A stretch of DNA of 64,000 nucleotides, taken from assembly GCA_010093995.1 (NCBI GenBank), contig ML992511.1, positions 566,745-630,744 of the forward strand, read 5' to 3'. Below are positions 1 to 13,774 of the stretch, piece by piece. The DNA is from Elsinoe ampelina (taxonomy: Eukaryota). Position 1 is the stretch's first letter, and each line of letters starts with the position of its first letter. The translations under genes and the position numbers were made by a program. The notes under the pieces were generated by a model, which saw only the letters and a list, made by a program, of their open reading frames with translations, made no database searches and was not told the DNA's origin.

Positions 1-730
1 TAAGTATTACTATAGGAGATCTACCTATACTAGTAGAAGGTAGGATCTATTAATTTTGTAGCTGTTATTACTAGGCCTAATGTTGCCTTTGCTACTTCTA
101 GATTGTTAGAGTATCTAACAAATCCTTTACTAATACACTAAAGGCTAGCGAATAGAGTAATCTAGTATCTCTATAAGACTAGAGATCTTGCCCTTACCTT
201 TAATAGCTTAATACTACTACTAATCTTCTAAGCCTTATTAGATACTAGCTTTAGAAGTTACCCTTTAAGGAAGAGCCTTTAGAGGTATCTATTTAAGCTG
301 TTCTAAGGCTCTATAGATTAGAAGGCTATAAAGTAGCTAACTGTTACTACTTCTAGCACAGAGGCTAAACTACTTGCTCTTGTAGAGACCACTAAGTAAG
401 CTATGTAGTAGAGGAGGCTAATAGCCTCTATTTATCCCCTAAAGCATGTTAGCATTTAGTGTAATAACTAGCAAACTATTAGACTTGTTACTAGTCTAAT
501 TAAGAAGCTTAATATACGCCTTCGCTATGTTAATATCTATTATCACTAGCTAAGACAAGAGATTAATCTATCTAGCCCTATCTTAGTAACATAGACTCCC
601 TTAGCAGACACCTTAGCTAATGGACTAACAAAGTTACTATCTCCTAGTAGGTATAAGGCCTTCTTATAGTAGCTATCCCTCGAGCTTATAGTCTACTAAC
701 TAGCAACTAACAGATTTAGAGCTATTTAGT
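1..730 (+). mobile_element. RIP-degenerated Ty1/copia LTR-retrotransposon pol 3' end (RT C-terminus/RNase H)
   Basis: The stretch is AT-rich with strong TpA excess. Conceptual translation gives Y**KVGSINFVAVITRPNVAFATSRLLEYLTNP, YLFKLF*GSID*KAIK*LTVTTSSTEAKLLA and DTLANGLTKLL. These are copia RT/RNase H motifs in which CAG/TGG codons have been converted to TAG stops. Confidence 0.9.
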
Positions 731-739
731 GAAGGGGTG

Positions 740-1257
740 TGTCAGCCGAGGTAGAAGCTACAACGCCAAGAAGGACCCTGATTCCGTGCACCTAAGGTTA
801 AACTAAGCACTTATTAACGGTTATACTAATTCATGATTAATTTAGACAGTTATTGTCTTATTCTGTTAAAACTTAGGAGTTCTGTCAATTTAGTTATCTT
901 TCAGTTTATCAGGTTAAGTATATATGTAATTACAATTCACCTAATTTTGGTGGATCAGGCAGTAATAAATCTCTTTCCCTCCCCACACACAAGTCAACAT
1001 GTGGGGCAGGTCACGTGCAGCTCTCCATCCAGGTGTCTTCAGCTCTGCCATCAGCCTCAATCGAGGCTTCTCAGCCAGTCCAGATACCGTTTCAAGTGAC
1101 CGGACTGCAGGTAGCATCGCCACAAGCATACGAGTACTGCTAAGAAACCGCGTGGTCTCTCATGCAGGCCATGCTTGGATAGTACTGAGGCTCTCTAGGT
1201 AGCTGTGCCTTGAATCGCAGAATTTCGAGCTTCACTTGCCTTGGCTGTCCGCCAACA
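740..1257 (+). repeat. Probable 3' LTR of the copia element
   Basis: It follows a purine tract (GAAGGGG, 731-737) just after the pol end. It begins TGTCAGC and could end GCCAACA (imperfect TG...CA inverted ends). The right boundary is inferred because no second LTR is in the window. Confidence 0.5.
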
Positions 1258-1857
1258 AGATCTTGCAGTAAGGCCCGAAGTGTAGCTTGTAGGAGAACGA
1301 TGGTCAATTTGAAAAATTTGTCAAAGAGAGAGCATGCTCCCTGACCGCCGGTCGTGGCGGCGGACCAGGATCTGCATGCTATAGGGCGAGAGAAAGGTAT
1401 CGATGCCCAACCACACCCACATGGCAGACAAAGATTTCACCGACCTGTACTAGACCGAAATTTAGGTGTCGTACCTTGCCTCGATTCACATGTGGCTGCC
1501 TCAAAGGCTCGAAGGAAAGCCAGTAGTCATTCCTACTATGGCAAAGTCACATTCTTGACATTTCGGCGAACAGATTTGATAGCGTAGAAAAGTAATAATC
1601 GGATGAGGATATCAAAATACTATAGCAGCCCGTACATTCCAATCAAGACCAGATGTTGTCACGTGCTCGCCTCGATGCTGACCTCTACCACTGACTGACT
1701 CCCAAACCTCTCTGAATCTGCTCGGCATCAACTACGCCAACCCAAGGGCAGGTGCTGCACAGTCTCGGTGAGCGGGCCTCTTACGCTGATCTCCTCGACC
1801 ACGCCGAACTGGGCAGCTCTCCCTAGCTAATCTTGTCGATTTGTCGTTGTATCGTAT

Positions 1858-2730
1858 CTAAGAGCTAGCTGCTGGTCGTTGTGCAGCCGGCGCGCCTTGT
1901 TGACCGGCACGGGGTGGGTCAGGACCCATCCTCCTTGACCTGTCTATCGTCAGTATATGTTTGTGCCAGCATTTTCTCCTCACTCACATGATAGTCCTTG
2001 AAAGCATACTAACACCAATCATGAACGCCCAGCTAGGAATCAAGCTGAAACCATAGATGAAGTATCCAAAGTAAATGATCGCACCAGACTCGGCGAGGAA
2101 TCCGCTGAACGGATGCCAGATACCCTCATATGGTTGCACCTCCTTGTACTTCTCCTGCGTGCTGTAGGCCGCGATCTCGTCGGCCGTGATGGTGGTCCTG
2201 TTCAAAGGGATGAATCTTGCAGTTACAGGTGGCTGGCTCTGGTCGGCTGCGGGCTTAGGAATGAGGACGTGGATCAGGCTTGGAGGACCGGTGCTCCAAG
2301 CGTTGCAGAGGACTGTCTCTTTCTCGCAATCAAGAATGGCGAGATTCGGCGATGACTTGGATGTCGCGAGGAGAGGGACGGAGCGGTTCCATTGTCCTTC
2401 GGCGTGTTCGCAGCGACCGAAGCAGGTTTTGCTGCCGCCGGTGACGAAGACGAGGAACTCCTCGATGCCTGGCGAGGCAGTCGCGGCGCGTCGGCTAATG
2501 ACCGACTTGTAGTTGTTGATCGTCAGAGGTTCAACCTGGGAAGATGCGACAGCTGCAGCTCCGACGGAGGCCGGGTTGGGGATTGATGGGGCGGCACTCG
2601 AGGCGGATGCTGCAGCGCCTGAGACAGCGGCGGTAGCTTTGGCGAACCATGCTTTTGCTTGATCGAGGATGGGGATTTGTTGTGCTGCTGCGACAGTGCA
2701 CAGAGCCAACAGAGCTGGAGAGGTGCGCAT
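1858..2730 (-). CDS. Conserved fungal signal-peptide protein with thioredoxin-like fold and C-terminal TM helices (2 exons)
   Basis: The 248-aa ORF has a signal peptide, CFGRC and DCE..LCNAW motifs and a hydrophobic C-terminus. A GTGAGT..CAG intron near 1940-1987 leads to a short last exon with TAG at 1858-1860. Confidence 0.75.
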
Positions 2731-3031
2731 AGTGGGCTACAGAGCGCGGTTTCGATACTGGAGCTGAACGTCGAATTGGGAAATGAGGGATTAGATTCCA
2801 AGTTTGTATTAATAAGTGTGATCAGAATGAGAAATGTATACGTGGTTGGGAAAGCGAGGTAAGGTATGTGATATGCGGCGCGTCAAGGTTGGAAGATGGT
2901 CAAAGCTTCTCAGACGTCACTATCAAAGCTTCCCACGTGCTTGCAGGGGTTGGTCCCTCGAGCAGTTCTATGTGCCATGTCTATCAATCACACGCTTTCG
3001 GGAACAAGTCGTTGACATTTTTACAACAATT

Positions 3032-4684
3032 TCATTGTGTCAACACCCTGTCCACCAATTTCTCTACCGAGTACACACTGCGGCACAGGTGTTCGACTGA
3101 AAAGCCCATCTTAGCAGCCACTTCTCGGTAGAAAATGGTAACAACACTGTCTGGCGGCAGCTCGCGAGCAGTCATGTAACGCACATACTCGCCTCCAGGT
3201 CGATTGATGTCTTCATCTGGACCCGTCTGAGCCAGAACTCGGACGGGTCGCATTTTCGAGGTGACGATGTTGGTGTCCCATGTGGTATCGCTCCGGGACT
3301 CGACCTGCTTTGTAGTATCTGCAGAATTGCTCGCCTGCGAAAGATCCACAGGAAACATTTGTCGTAGAGAGCGCTTGAAGTTCGCATCTCGCATTGCTCG
3401 GCCGTGAGTGGCTTGAACATCGTCCTCAGTGAACATCGTCTCGAACCAGCTCAAGTACTGGTCCAGGGCTGTATTTGACATTTCCATGACCTGCTTCTCA
3501 GTTGTACGAAGTGCTCCATAGAATGAGGAGTGTGGTTTTTGATCTTCTGGCTGCTTGACCGATACCCAGGCGTTCCAGTCCATCGCCAGTGCTGCCGGTT
3601 CCGTCGGTCTCTTAGGTGGTCGTTCTCGACTGTCGAGCGGGAAGAGAAGTTTCGTGGTCGCGACCACCAATGCTGCAAGCCGCAGATCCACATATTCCAA
3701 CGTTCTTGACTTCCATCTCGACCGTTCTGTGACGAAGCTGAAGTTCATCTCCAACAAACGGGCCAGTCGTAGGGTGCCCGCATAAATCTCAACTGGTAGA
3801 TGCAGGTCGCTGATCAGACGCCAGAGACACAAATGGTGGTTCAATGCAGGTGCGTGGAGACCGAAGAAGGCGGAGAAGAGTCTCAATGTGTTGTCAATCT
3901 CTTGCCGAAATCGATCGATGCTAAGTAAGCTGAAGGGATCGAATAAGCTGTGATATCGTCCTTCTAACTTGGGCGTCATGCCTTTGTCGAGATCTTTGAT
4001 GGCTCTGTAGTAAAGCACATGTCCTTCCTCCACCATGTGGTGAAACTGGACTGGCAGGACAGGAAGACGAAGCAGCAGAGCAGCAAGGTAGATTAAGCAG
4101 AGCCCATCAGTAACCCCAAGAAGGGATTGTTCAGACTTGTTAGTCCGTCGCGAAGCTCGATCGTTCTCTGAATTGCTGCCCTCGTCCTGAGAGCTGAACA
4201 TCTGTGAGCCTGCGTCCAAGCTGTCTTCTGTGGTTGCCAGACGATCGGACAAAGCATTAAGGCGAAGCGTCCAGAGATCACGGACAATACTCTGCATAAA
4301 AGTCAGCGCATTGCTGTCATGAGATGTTGCTCATCGAACCTCGAGTTCAGGTGGTGCCTCGATGGCTTCGATAAATGATCGAGCTTGCTTCCATAGTATC
4401 AATTGGAAACATGTGAGATAGTGCTCAAACCCTTCCCGACCTGTCAACGCTGCGTCGTCGTTGTCCTCTTGAGATTTCCGGACAGATTTCCGGCCAGTGG
4501 GTTGTAAGCCTTCATCATCATCTGCAGTCACGAGCCCAGTCTATCGACATTAGTAATGTTTTTCTCTTGCTTCGCCAAAAGGTCGTTTCACCTGAGATTG
4601 CCGATGTCCCTCGGAGCAGTATGTGAAGCCATCCTCGCCGATCTGAAACTGGCGAGATCCACAATTACTGATCTCGCATTCCAT
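3032..4684 (-). CDS. RRN7: RNA polymerase I initiation factor Rrn7 (TAF1B/TFIIB-like), 3 exons
   Basis: It has an N-terminal Zn ribbon (C-x4-C...DGFTYCSEGH), followed by FQLILWKQ and IVRDLWTLRL segments and a cyclin-fold region typical of fungal Rrn7. Introns lie near 4541-4591 and 4293-4339. The start codon is approximate. Confidence 0.85.
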
Positions 4685-5148
4685 AACATCCTGTCGAATG
4701 TTTGATGACGACACATATGCTATCTCGCATTTAATCTTGCACTTGTCTCCACACTTGGATCTGAGACGAAGTGAAGCTCAAAAATTCAGATGAACAGCCC
4801 GAAGGTTTGTTGCGGGGGCGAAAGTCACGTTGGATATGGATGTCACTTGGAGTTCGTCACGTGTCTTGCTCAAGATCTTTGATGTTCTGTCGCAGGTACA
4901 AGGTCAAATTCAGTATAGGGACGATCGATGAAGGTTGGATTTGCTCGGTTTGAAAAACCACTCCTCATTCACTGCATTCCATTGATCATGGTGTATGGAT
5001 ATCTATATCGAAATCACCACACGTCTGACCAAATTTGAAAGTCTTTCCATCGTTCTCTTTTGTTCGTCGGCATGAAACAACGACCCATGAAAAGCTTCGT
5101 GCGGCTAGCATCGCTCGCACATGCACACCCTGTCCTGACTATCATAAT

Positions 5149-5882
5149 CTAGGAGCCCTGGATACTTGTTAGTCTCTAGACTGGTGATACTCATGAGTGA
5201 TTCACCTTGGGGGCTTCCTTGGCATCAATGGCAGCTTCCTCGCCCATGGCGGTGAGGACAATGACGTCTGGCAAATCGTTAGTGACCGTCCTCGCAGGTA
5301 CAGCTGGCGACAGGCATACTGGTGTCCTTGCCCTCCTCGGTGAAGAGCTTGTTGATCTTGTCGCCGACCTCTCCGTCGGGGACCTTGACATCATCCTTGG
5401 TGGAGCCATCCTCAGACATGAGAGAGAGGAAACCATCGTCAGTGACGTCGAGCTGTTGTATGTCAGACGCATCCACCGCCTGTTTCGGTGTTTTATCCTT
5501 ACAAGCTGGTATTCGCGGCGGGAGACGTTGGGGACATCCATGTTGTGGGTAGAAGGGGACAAATCTTCCATCTTCTTGGAGGTGAAGATATCAATGGCGA
5601 CCAAGTGAACCTTAGCGTGACCGTGCTTGCCAGTCTTGGAGGTGGACATTTCGACGATCTTGCAGGGACGGCCCTTGATGACAACGTGACCGTTCTTCCT
5701 CAAGGCAGAACACTGCATAGGGAAAGTGAGAGAGGCACCGGCATCGGTGCTCTCGAAAGTGTGCTGCTCATGCTGTGGACAAAATTGTCAGATAAAGTTG
5801 CTCGCTCGCTCAAAATCTGTCGATGCGCTTCAGCACAGAGCGACTTGGACGGGCTGCTTACCTGGGCGTCGTTGTCGGCCAT
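5149..5882 (-). CDS. TIF51: Translation factor eIF5A (multi-exon)
   Basis: It contains the hypusination motif [12 protein letters not shown], plus QCSALRKNG and VLTAMGEE. The ATG is at 5882 (MADNDAQ, then a GTAAGC intron). A terminal intron gives the C-terminus ...EAPKGS* ending at 5149. Confidence 0.96.
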
Positions 5883-6214
5883 GTCGAAATTTGCGAAGTG
5901 AGAAAGCGGCTGGAAGGAGGGGAATTTGACAAAGATGGAAGCTCGACTTGTGGACTGATCGAGCTTGAAAGTATCGTTGCGAAAAGAAGGGAAGAAGATG
6001 TGCGGCTTTGTGGAAGGAGGGGACTCGCGCACGAATTCACAAGTGGGGGTGAGCGCTTCTTCCCGGACCCGCACCTGAAGGCCTTGGCAGACACCTGGAC
6101 CTGCACTCGAGCAAGCTGACCGCTTATTGGCCAATTGGACATGTGTCCGGCTGATCTCTGGTATACAGTTCCATCCGTGTCCCAAAACCATCTGCTTTCT
6201 TGCACTGATGTGGA

Positions 6215-8251
6215 ATGTGGCTGGACCGTCTATCGGGGCAGAGCACCCCTTCGATATCACCTGTCCCATGGAATAGATCAACATCTCCAGCTCCAGGCAG
6301 GAGCTCTCTCCACATAAATCGCAATGCCGCCAACCTGAGAAGACCGGAGCTACCACAACGGATGTCATCCTGGTCTGGCCTCGTCAATGGCTCGTCCGAT
6401 TCGCTCCCGGTCAATGCACGAGAGCAGCCAAGGTCTAATTTGAGGAATCAGATCACTGCCAGCACGACGGTCACTTCGAATCCCATTGATGTACTGAGCA
6501 AAATCCTGGGGTCCTCTAGCGTCACCGAGAATGGCGTTTCCAGTGACACAGAGGATGACCCCTTGGATTCTTTCGTTGCGGACATCGATTTTGAAGGTCT
6601 CAGCTTGCAAGAATTCGTCTCGAGTGGTGCAACACAAGAGGGACAAGCTGTCAAATGTCGGTTGATACCAAAGCCACGCTGACTAGCGCTAATTTACATA
6701 TTAGTTGAGGATAACCAAAAAGGTCTCGAAGAACTACATAAATCCATCCAAGCATGCGACGAGATTCTAGTATCCGTTGAGAAGAACTTAACAGTCTTCC
6801 AAGCCGATCTGGCAGCCGTCTCAGCGGAGATCGAGACACTACAAAACAAATCGATCAACCTGACCGAGAGACTCGAGCGGCGCAAACAGGTAGAGAAGAA
6901 GCTGGGACCCGAAGTTGGAAAGCTGTCCCTTTCGCCTGTCGTAGTGAAAAAGATTGCCGATGGACCTCTGGATGACGCTTGGGCGCAGGCACTACAGGAG
7001 CTTGAGGAGGCAACCAAGCTCTACGACACCTCCAAATCAGATCACGCCATCAAAGCGGAGGGGGATATCAGGCCACTTCTCGACAAAGTTAAAGATCGTG
7101 CAGTTGAGCGGATCCGCGACCATGTTGTCGCTCAAATCAAGGCCCTGCGATCTCCGAGCATCAATGCGCAGGTCTTGCAGAGGAATGCCCTGAGCAAGTT
7201 TAAGGACGCATACTCTTTCCTCGCGAGACACCAACCAAAATTGGAGGAAGAGATTGCGCAAGCTTACATCAATACGATGCGATGGTACTACCTCAGCCAT
7301 TTCACTAGGTACAAAGCAGCGCTAGAGAAGTTGAGGCTTCACACCATCGACAAGACCGACACCCTGGCCCAAGACGAGAGTAGCAGACGAGCACCGACAG
7401 GTGCTGGATCACGATCACCTACTGGGCCCTTCGACGTGTTCTCTCTAGGACGTCGCATTGACACACTCCGGGCTGCAAATCCGCAAGCCATGTCTTCCTT
7501 TGTCGCTGAAGAGGACAAATCGATTCACTACCTCGAGACGCCGTTCCGAGCTTTCAACCTTGCGTTGATAGATAATGCATCGGCCGAGTTTTCGTTCATG
7601 ACTGAGTTCTTCTCAAAGGCGTCGTTTCACACTGTTAGTAGGAGATTCTTGACGGCTCTTGAGCCCACCTTGACTCTCGGACGAGCCTTCACCAAGCAAT
7701 TAGTGGAGACGAGCTCGGATGCTCTTGGAATACTCGTGTGTCTTCGCCTCAATCAGCACTTTGCTTTTGAGCTGCAACGTCGAAAGGTCTCTTCGATGGA
7801 AGGATATGTCAATGGAACTAGCATGTTACTCTGGCCCCGGTTCCAGATTGTCATGGATGTGCAGTGCGATGCGCTCAAGAAGGCAGCAAGCGGGCTATCT
7901 GGACGGCCATCTGGATCTGCGTTGAGCTTGACTGGGTCTTCTTCGAACGCATCCTCGATTGCACCTCATCCCATCACGCAGCGGTTCGCCAACTTTCTGC
8001 AGGGTATACTGCTACTCAGCCGTGACGCCGGAGACGATGAGCCTGTTCAGAGAAGTTTGGGAAGACTTAAGGATGAATACCTCACGCTACTAGTCAAGCT
8101 TAGCAAAGGTATCGCCGACGCAAAGAAGCGGGAGAGATTCTTGGTCAACAATTATTCTTTGGTCGGGACCATTATCGCTGAGACAGTTGGGAGGATGGCG
8201 GAAGAGTTCAAGGAGATTTTCGCAGTCCTCAAGGAAGGAAGTGGAGGGTAA
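6215..8251 (+). CDS. VPS52: GARP complex subunit Vps52 (2 exons)
   Basis: It has an MWLDRLS N-terminus, an intron at ~6658-6704, and FQADLAAVSAEIETLQ, AYINTMRWYY, LWPRFQ and FLVNNYSL motifs characteristic of Vps52/Sac2. Confidence 0.92.
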
Positions 8252-8759
8252 TGTACTCGTATGAGGTTTCATGAGTGCTTCTTTGGTATCATGGCTGTCG
8301 CGTGACAAACGCGAAACGGCACCATCGCGTCCCGAAGCCGACGTCGTGCATTTTCACCACATCCATGGCAATGTCAGGCACCTTGTAGAGTAATGCCAAA
8401 TACGACACATCCTGGCCGTATATGAACTAAACCGTGCACGAATGATGATGCCCTTGTGATGCATGTCCTTGTACGCTTCGGCAGAGCAGCAAGATCTTGT
8501 TGGTTCGGGCCAATTGCATCACCCGTCGATCTTTTTGACTTTGGACGCCCGTTCCTGGAGAACCTCGAGCTTGGCGCACCCGTGTCTCATGCTTCTTTCT
8601 TTTGCACTTTTTGTGAAAAGCCACCCTTGACATCTTTACGCCTATTCAATCACCGATCGCTTCAGCAGTCACGATATCCATCTAGCCAGCATATCCGTAG
8701 CAACCTTTCGCTTCAGCTCTCGAGCTTCGCAACCACCCTTTTCACTGCCATCGAAAACC

Positions 8760-11700
8760 ATGGCTCCATCCACTTTTGCTTCCGCCGCGGCTGGCAGCAC
8801 CTCGAACAACTCCACAGCTCGTCAAGAAGCAGGAAATGAATGGTACGAGCGTCTCAATATCTCACATACCTTTTCAATCGCATCGTCGAGCTTCGTTTGT
8901 ATTTTCGCGCGCACCGGAGGTGGAGAGGCGCAAGCTTCAGCCCGGAGAGCTTTGCCTTCACGTCATCAAGGAGGTCCAGACGAGCATTCGCTGACTGTGA
9001 TCCAGGCCCAGAAGAACCAATGGCGCAACACAGACCTTCCGCAGACCATCTGTCGCAACTTCTTACTCCAATTCAAATCATCAAAGGGACGCCAGTCTCG
9101 AGTCTACGCCTGCTCGCTATGTCCCCCCTCACCGCAACGGAGTCATCTCCGACAGTCGCTACGCCAAAGATCAACTGCTCGACCTCTTCAAAGCACAAAG
9201 CGAGACCGAGACTCCTTCCCGAGATAGCCTGACCAGTCTCTTCGTAGCTGGTTGGGAGCCGGATCAGACAAATGGTAGCAGTGAAGGGGCAGGGGGATGG
9301 TCTGGACAAGGTCACCGGGATGGACAGAGCTCTTCAGATCCGTTCTGGAACAACGAGGGCTCGATGCTGCCTCTAGGCTTGGTGGACATGACGGATGACG
9401 AAAGAGAGGTAACATTGCACCCTCTGATCTTAGGCCATCGACTAACACCACGCAGACTTTTGTGACTTCCGTCAACTCACCCGTCAAGCCCATGAACACA
9501 GTCACACGAGAGAATACTGGAAGAGAAGGCTTGCCACTGCGCAAGATCTCAATTTCTCACAACCCGAACAGTCCAGGAGGTCTCTCCCTGAACTCGCCGT
9601 CCGCTACTCGTCCAGGCAGACGCAGAGAGGCGAGCGAATCCTACCCCTTCCCGTCCAATCCTCTAGCGTCACCAAAGCCACGAGACGAGCATCGCGCTAC
9701 CTCGCCACCTCCGGCTCTTCGCAGGCGGGCGACCGACTTCAAAGAGCAGAGTGCCGACCTAGACACCCAGGTACAGAGTGACAATAAGCAAGCCAATCCA
9801 GCAGCATCTCGAGGAGGGACTGTACCTTTGAGTGCTGGTCTTGGCAACGCTTCCTCTCCATGGGGCACAGTCCAGGCTAGTCCAGGATTTCCGCCCATGG
9901 GGTCATTCGGCAGCTTTGCGACAGGAGCTCCTGCTGCGACCCCGACCGAGAAGCGTCCTGGATTTGCGGGAGGTAGAGCTGAGTCACGGTTTAAGGGCTT
10001 GATGTCCAAGGACAGCAGTGATGACATGAATCGTTCTCTGAAAGAAAAGTCATCGATCGGCAACTTTGGCAAACCATCGGACACTTCTTCCTGGCGCACT
10101 GGATGGGGCGAACCCGGCCGATCGAGCATGGAACATGATCGCGATGGACCTTCCGGCAGTGCTGCTTTGGGAGGTGGGGATGACCCTCAACCTCTTCGCG
10201 GCCTGCAGGATCTTGGTACCCCTCATCGTCCTGACCACCGGGAGGAATTTGGCTTCTCTGCCTGGACACCCGAGACTGGTATCAAGGGCTTCTCCCACGA
10301 TCAACATCAACCGCAGTCCCGAGGTCCCCAACATGTCAGCGAAGCGATGAGCCCTACCAACACCAACCCTTACCAGAGCCCTCAGCAAGGACACGCAGAA
10401 GCTGATGATCTCGACACGGACGACTCGGAGCTGCAGAACATGAGTAACATTCCTGGATTGAGCAATCTCATGAACGATGACCTTGGGCCGATGCCCGGAA
10501 CTTTCGGCGGCTTCTCCAATTTTAGTCAGGCTCCCGGTGATCGTGGTGTGACCTCCTCTGCAGGTGCGCCACGTGGTTTTCCAGGTCTGAGTGGTCTTGG
10601 AGCATTGCCAGGACTCACCAAATCTTCCACCTGGGGCGGCCTCCCTCCCACAAACACAACGCCCGCACGTGCTCATGCTGGCTTCGGCGACTCCGTCTTC
10701 GGATCTGCTACCGATCTTCAATCTCCCAGCCTTGCTGGACTCGGCCCAAGCAGTTTCTTCGGCGGAGCCCCTGCTGCCGCTCCTGGTGCGGGCCGTGGTA
10801 TGTCGAGAATGGGGTCGCTTTTCCAGCAGCAGCAAGTGGGACAAGACCCTCTTCGAGATCTCGGCCGGACGTCGCTTGACGAAGAACGTGCTATCCCCGC
10901 CGCGCCAGGCATGACACAAGAGGACTCTACTGTCAACCAGTCAGAGTCACGTCAATCGGTCGATATGCCTTCAGGGAGTTCCCAGGCATCCTTGTCTCAG
11001 CAGCCAATTGGCACATCTTCCAGCAATCAGCCACCAGCAGCTCAGCAGAAGACCATGGTCATGCCAGATCGCATGCGTTGGATCTACCGTGATCCTCAGG
11101 GTAATACTCAAGGTCCGTGGACCGGGTTGGAGATGCACGATTGGTACAAGGCCGGATTCTTCTCGCCAGAACTTCTTGTGAAGAAAGCGGAAGATCCTGA
11201 CTATGAACCTCTTGCTCAGCTCATCAGGCGCATTGGAAACTCCCGTGAGCCTTTCTTGGTACCTCAAATTGGTATCCCTCATGGTACTCCGCAATCCAAC
11301 TGGAGTGCCAGCGGTCCTCTCGGCCCCACCACTGGCCAGCCACCTTTCGCTGCTAGCTTCCCTAGCTTTGGTACTACCCTTACTGCAGATCAACAGAATG
11401 CGCTTGAGCGCCGGAAGCAAGAAGAGCAATATCTCATGGCCCGACAGAAAGAGCATTTGGCCCACCAGCAGCTCGCTCAGCGGATGCAGGTCCCCGGTCA
11501 GCACGCCTTGCTGCCTCATCAGCTCCAGCATCATCCCAGTGCTCAGAGTCTACACAGCCAGCCGAGCTTCGGTAGCATTGCGTCTGGGCCAGGGTTCCAA
11601 GCTGCTCCACCACACGCACAAGCGCCTGGTCAGGGGTTGCCTGGTGCATTCGACAACCAGTTGTCGTCCCAAGGTAGGAGTTTCGGGGCAGTCGGCGCGG

Positions 11701-13447
11701 GTATCGCTTCTGCTGGGGGCTTGGGGGCTCTTCGTGAAGAGGACCTGCCATCTTCCATGTCACGGTTAGGTCTTCAGCAGCCACGTGATACTTTTGGCGC
11801 ACCTGGTCAACCCTTTCCGCAGCAGAATCAACCACAGGGTCACGAGCAACAGCAGCAATTGAACCAAATGCTGGAGGACCGTGCTCGTTTGCAGCAGGAG
11901 CAGGCCGAACAGCAGATTCTGCAACAAGAAGCGCATGAACAGCACTTCTCTGCCGACCGTGTGGAAGAGCTGCAAAGACTGCAGCAACAACACCTTGAGG
12001 AGCAGCATGCCCAACAGCAGGCCAAGCAAGCCCAGGAAGAAGCTCAGAATCTGGCTCAGCAGGATGCGATGGCTCAAGCCCACCAAACACCAATCAAGGA
12101 GCCGAAGACTCTGACTGAACAAATTCAGCAGGCTGCTTCTGCAAAGCAATCACCTGCTGCTGCCAGTCCTTGGGGCAAGATCGATTCTGCTCTTCCACAG
12201 CCTTTTCCACCGGCGCCGTCGCAGTCTCCACTCCCCGCTCCAGCTGCACAGCGGAACAGGTCTCACGTAGCCGAAGCTTTGCACGCAGAGTCTCACTCCC
12301 GATCACAATCTCCGTCAGTCTCTGTGGAGACGCCCACTGCTTCTCTAGCACCGTGGGCGAAGGAACCCGCTGAGGCGCCAAGGGGACCCTCTCTCAAGGA
12401 GATCCAAGAAGCCGAGGCGAGGAACGCTGCGAAGCTAGAAGCACTGGCTGCCGAAGCCCGCAGACAGGAGCTTCAGCGTGAAGCCCTCAATGCTCAGATG
12501 GCCGCAGCAGCCGCAGCAGCAACGACTGCTGGTCTGCCTTCAAGTTCGACTTGGGCCAGCGCGGGGGCGGCTTCACCCTCTACTCCATCTTCGGCATCCC
12601 CATGGGCCAAAGCTGCCACCAAGCCTGTCGCTTCATCGGCCGCTGCGAAGAGCATGGCGCAGATCCAGAAGGAGGAGGAAGCTCGTAAGAAGCGTCTTGC
12701 CGCTGCCACTGCGGCAGCCACTGCACAGCAGACCGCAGCCTTGAATGCCTTGTCGCAGGTCCAAGGCAAGCGTTATGCTGAGCTTGCCGGTAAGGTCGTA
12801 CCAGGTACGCCTCAGTCTCCAGTCGCTCAGCAGACCGGAGCCTGGACCACAGTCGGGTCAAGCGGCAAGGTCAAGACGCCTGGAGCTCCTCCAGCGCCCG
12901 CTCCTGTCAGGGCCGCAAGTACCAGCACTACGCCTCTGGTAGCCGCTGCCGTAAAGAAGCCAGCCGTCAATCGTACCTCCACCGGTAGTGCCGCGGCAGT
13001 CAACGCGCAAGAAGAATTCAAGCGCTGGGCAGCCGGCGAACTTCGCGGCGATCTCAACAAGAGTGTTCTCGGTAAGCAATCTCGCATCCTCCAATCTCGC
13101 CACTACTGACTTGCTCTCTAGCTGAAGAATTCGTCAATAACCTCCTCGCCTTCCCTCCTGAAGTCGAGATTCTTACCGAAGCCGTCCACTCCGTCTCCAC
13201 CACCATCGACTCGCGACACTTTGCCGAAGAATTCCTCCGCCGCCGCAAAATGGCGGACAAAGGTGTCTTCGATGCCTCCAGTCTGGGCAAGAGCGCTAGT
13301 CCAGCGAATGGCGACGCCAATAAGAATGGCGGTGGATGGAGCGAGGTGGCGAAGAAGGGAGGCAAGGAGGGTGCTGTGGTGGGCAAGCAGGAGGAGTTGG
13401 CGGGTAACTTTAAGGTGGTGGCGGCGAAGAAGAAGGGGAAGAGGTAG
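8760..13447 (+). CDS. SMY2: GYF-domain protein (Smy2/Syh1/GIGYF-like), 4 exons
   Basis: The GYF domain reads WIYRDPQGNTQGPWTGLEMHDWYKAGFF. The protein also has Gln-rich and coiled regions, and a C-terminal HFAEEFLRRRK followed by KVVAAKKKGKR. Introns are at 8843-9005, ~9409-9455 and ~13072-13120. Confidence 0.88.
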
Positions 13448-13774
13448 GATGCTTCTACGCCGTCCTTCTATGAGGTGCGGGGGACGAGGGTGAAGGATCG
13501 ATGGATGAAAGGTTTGGATATGTGATAGTGATGTGATGAATGAGAAGATTTGAGGCGAGATCTGGCTGTGGCTAAATGACTGAGTGTTCTGACGAAGTGA
13601 TATTCTGACACAGTGATACTATGATGACCTAAACCCAAGTGCCCCCCATCGTGTGCTGTCTGTTTCCATGCTACATGAATTACTCATCCAATGCTGTCGT
13701 TATCATATTCCAGGTCTCGTGAACCCTTCAATTACCAGACCACCCGTTCCAATGTCCCTCTGCCAATTGAACAC

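Noticed and set aside
13530..13610. GTGATGA ... CTGA resembling C/D-box snoRNA boxes
   Set aside because: It lies in a TGA-rich convergent 3' UTR region, with no terminal stem or recognisable rRNA guide.
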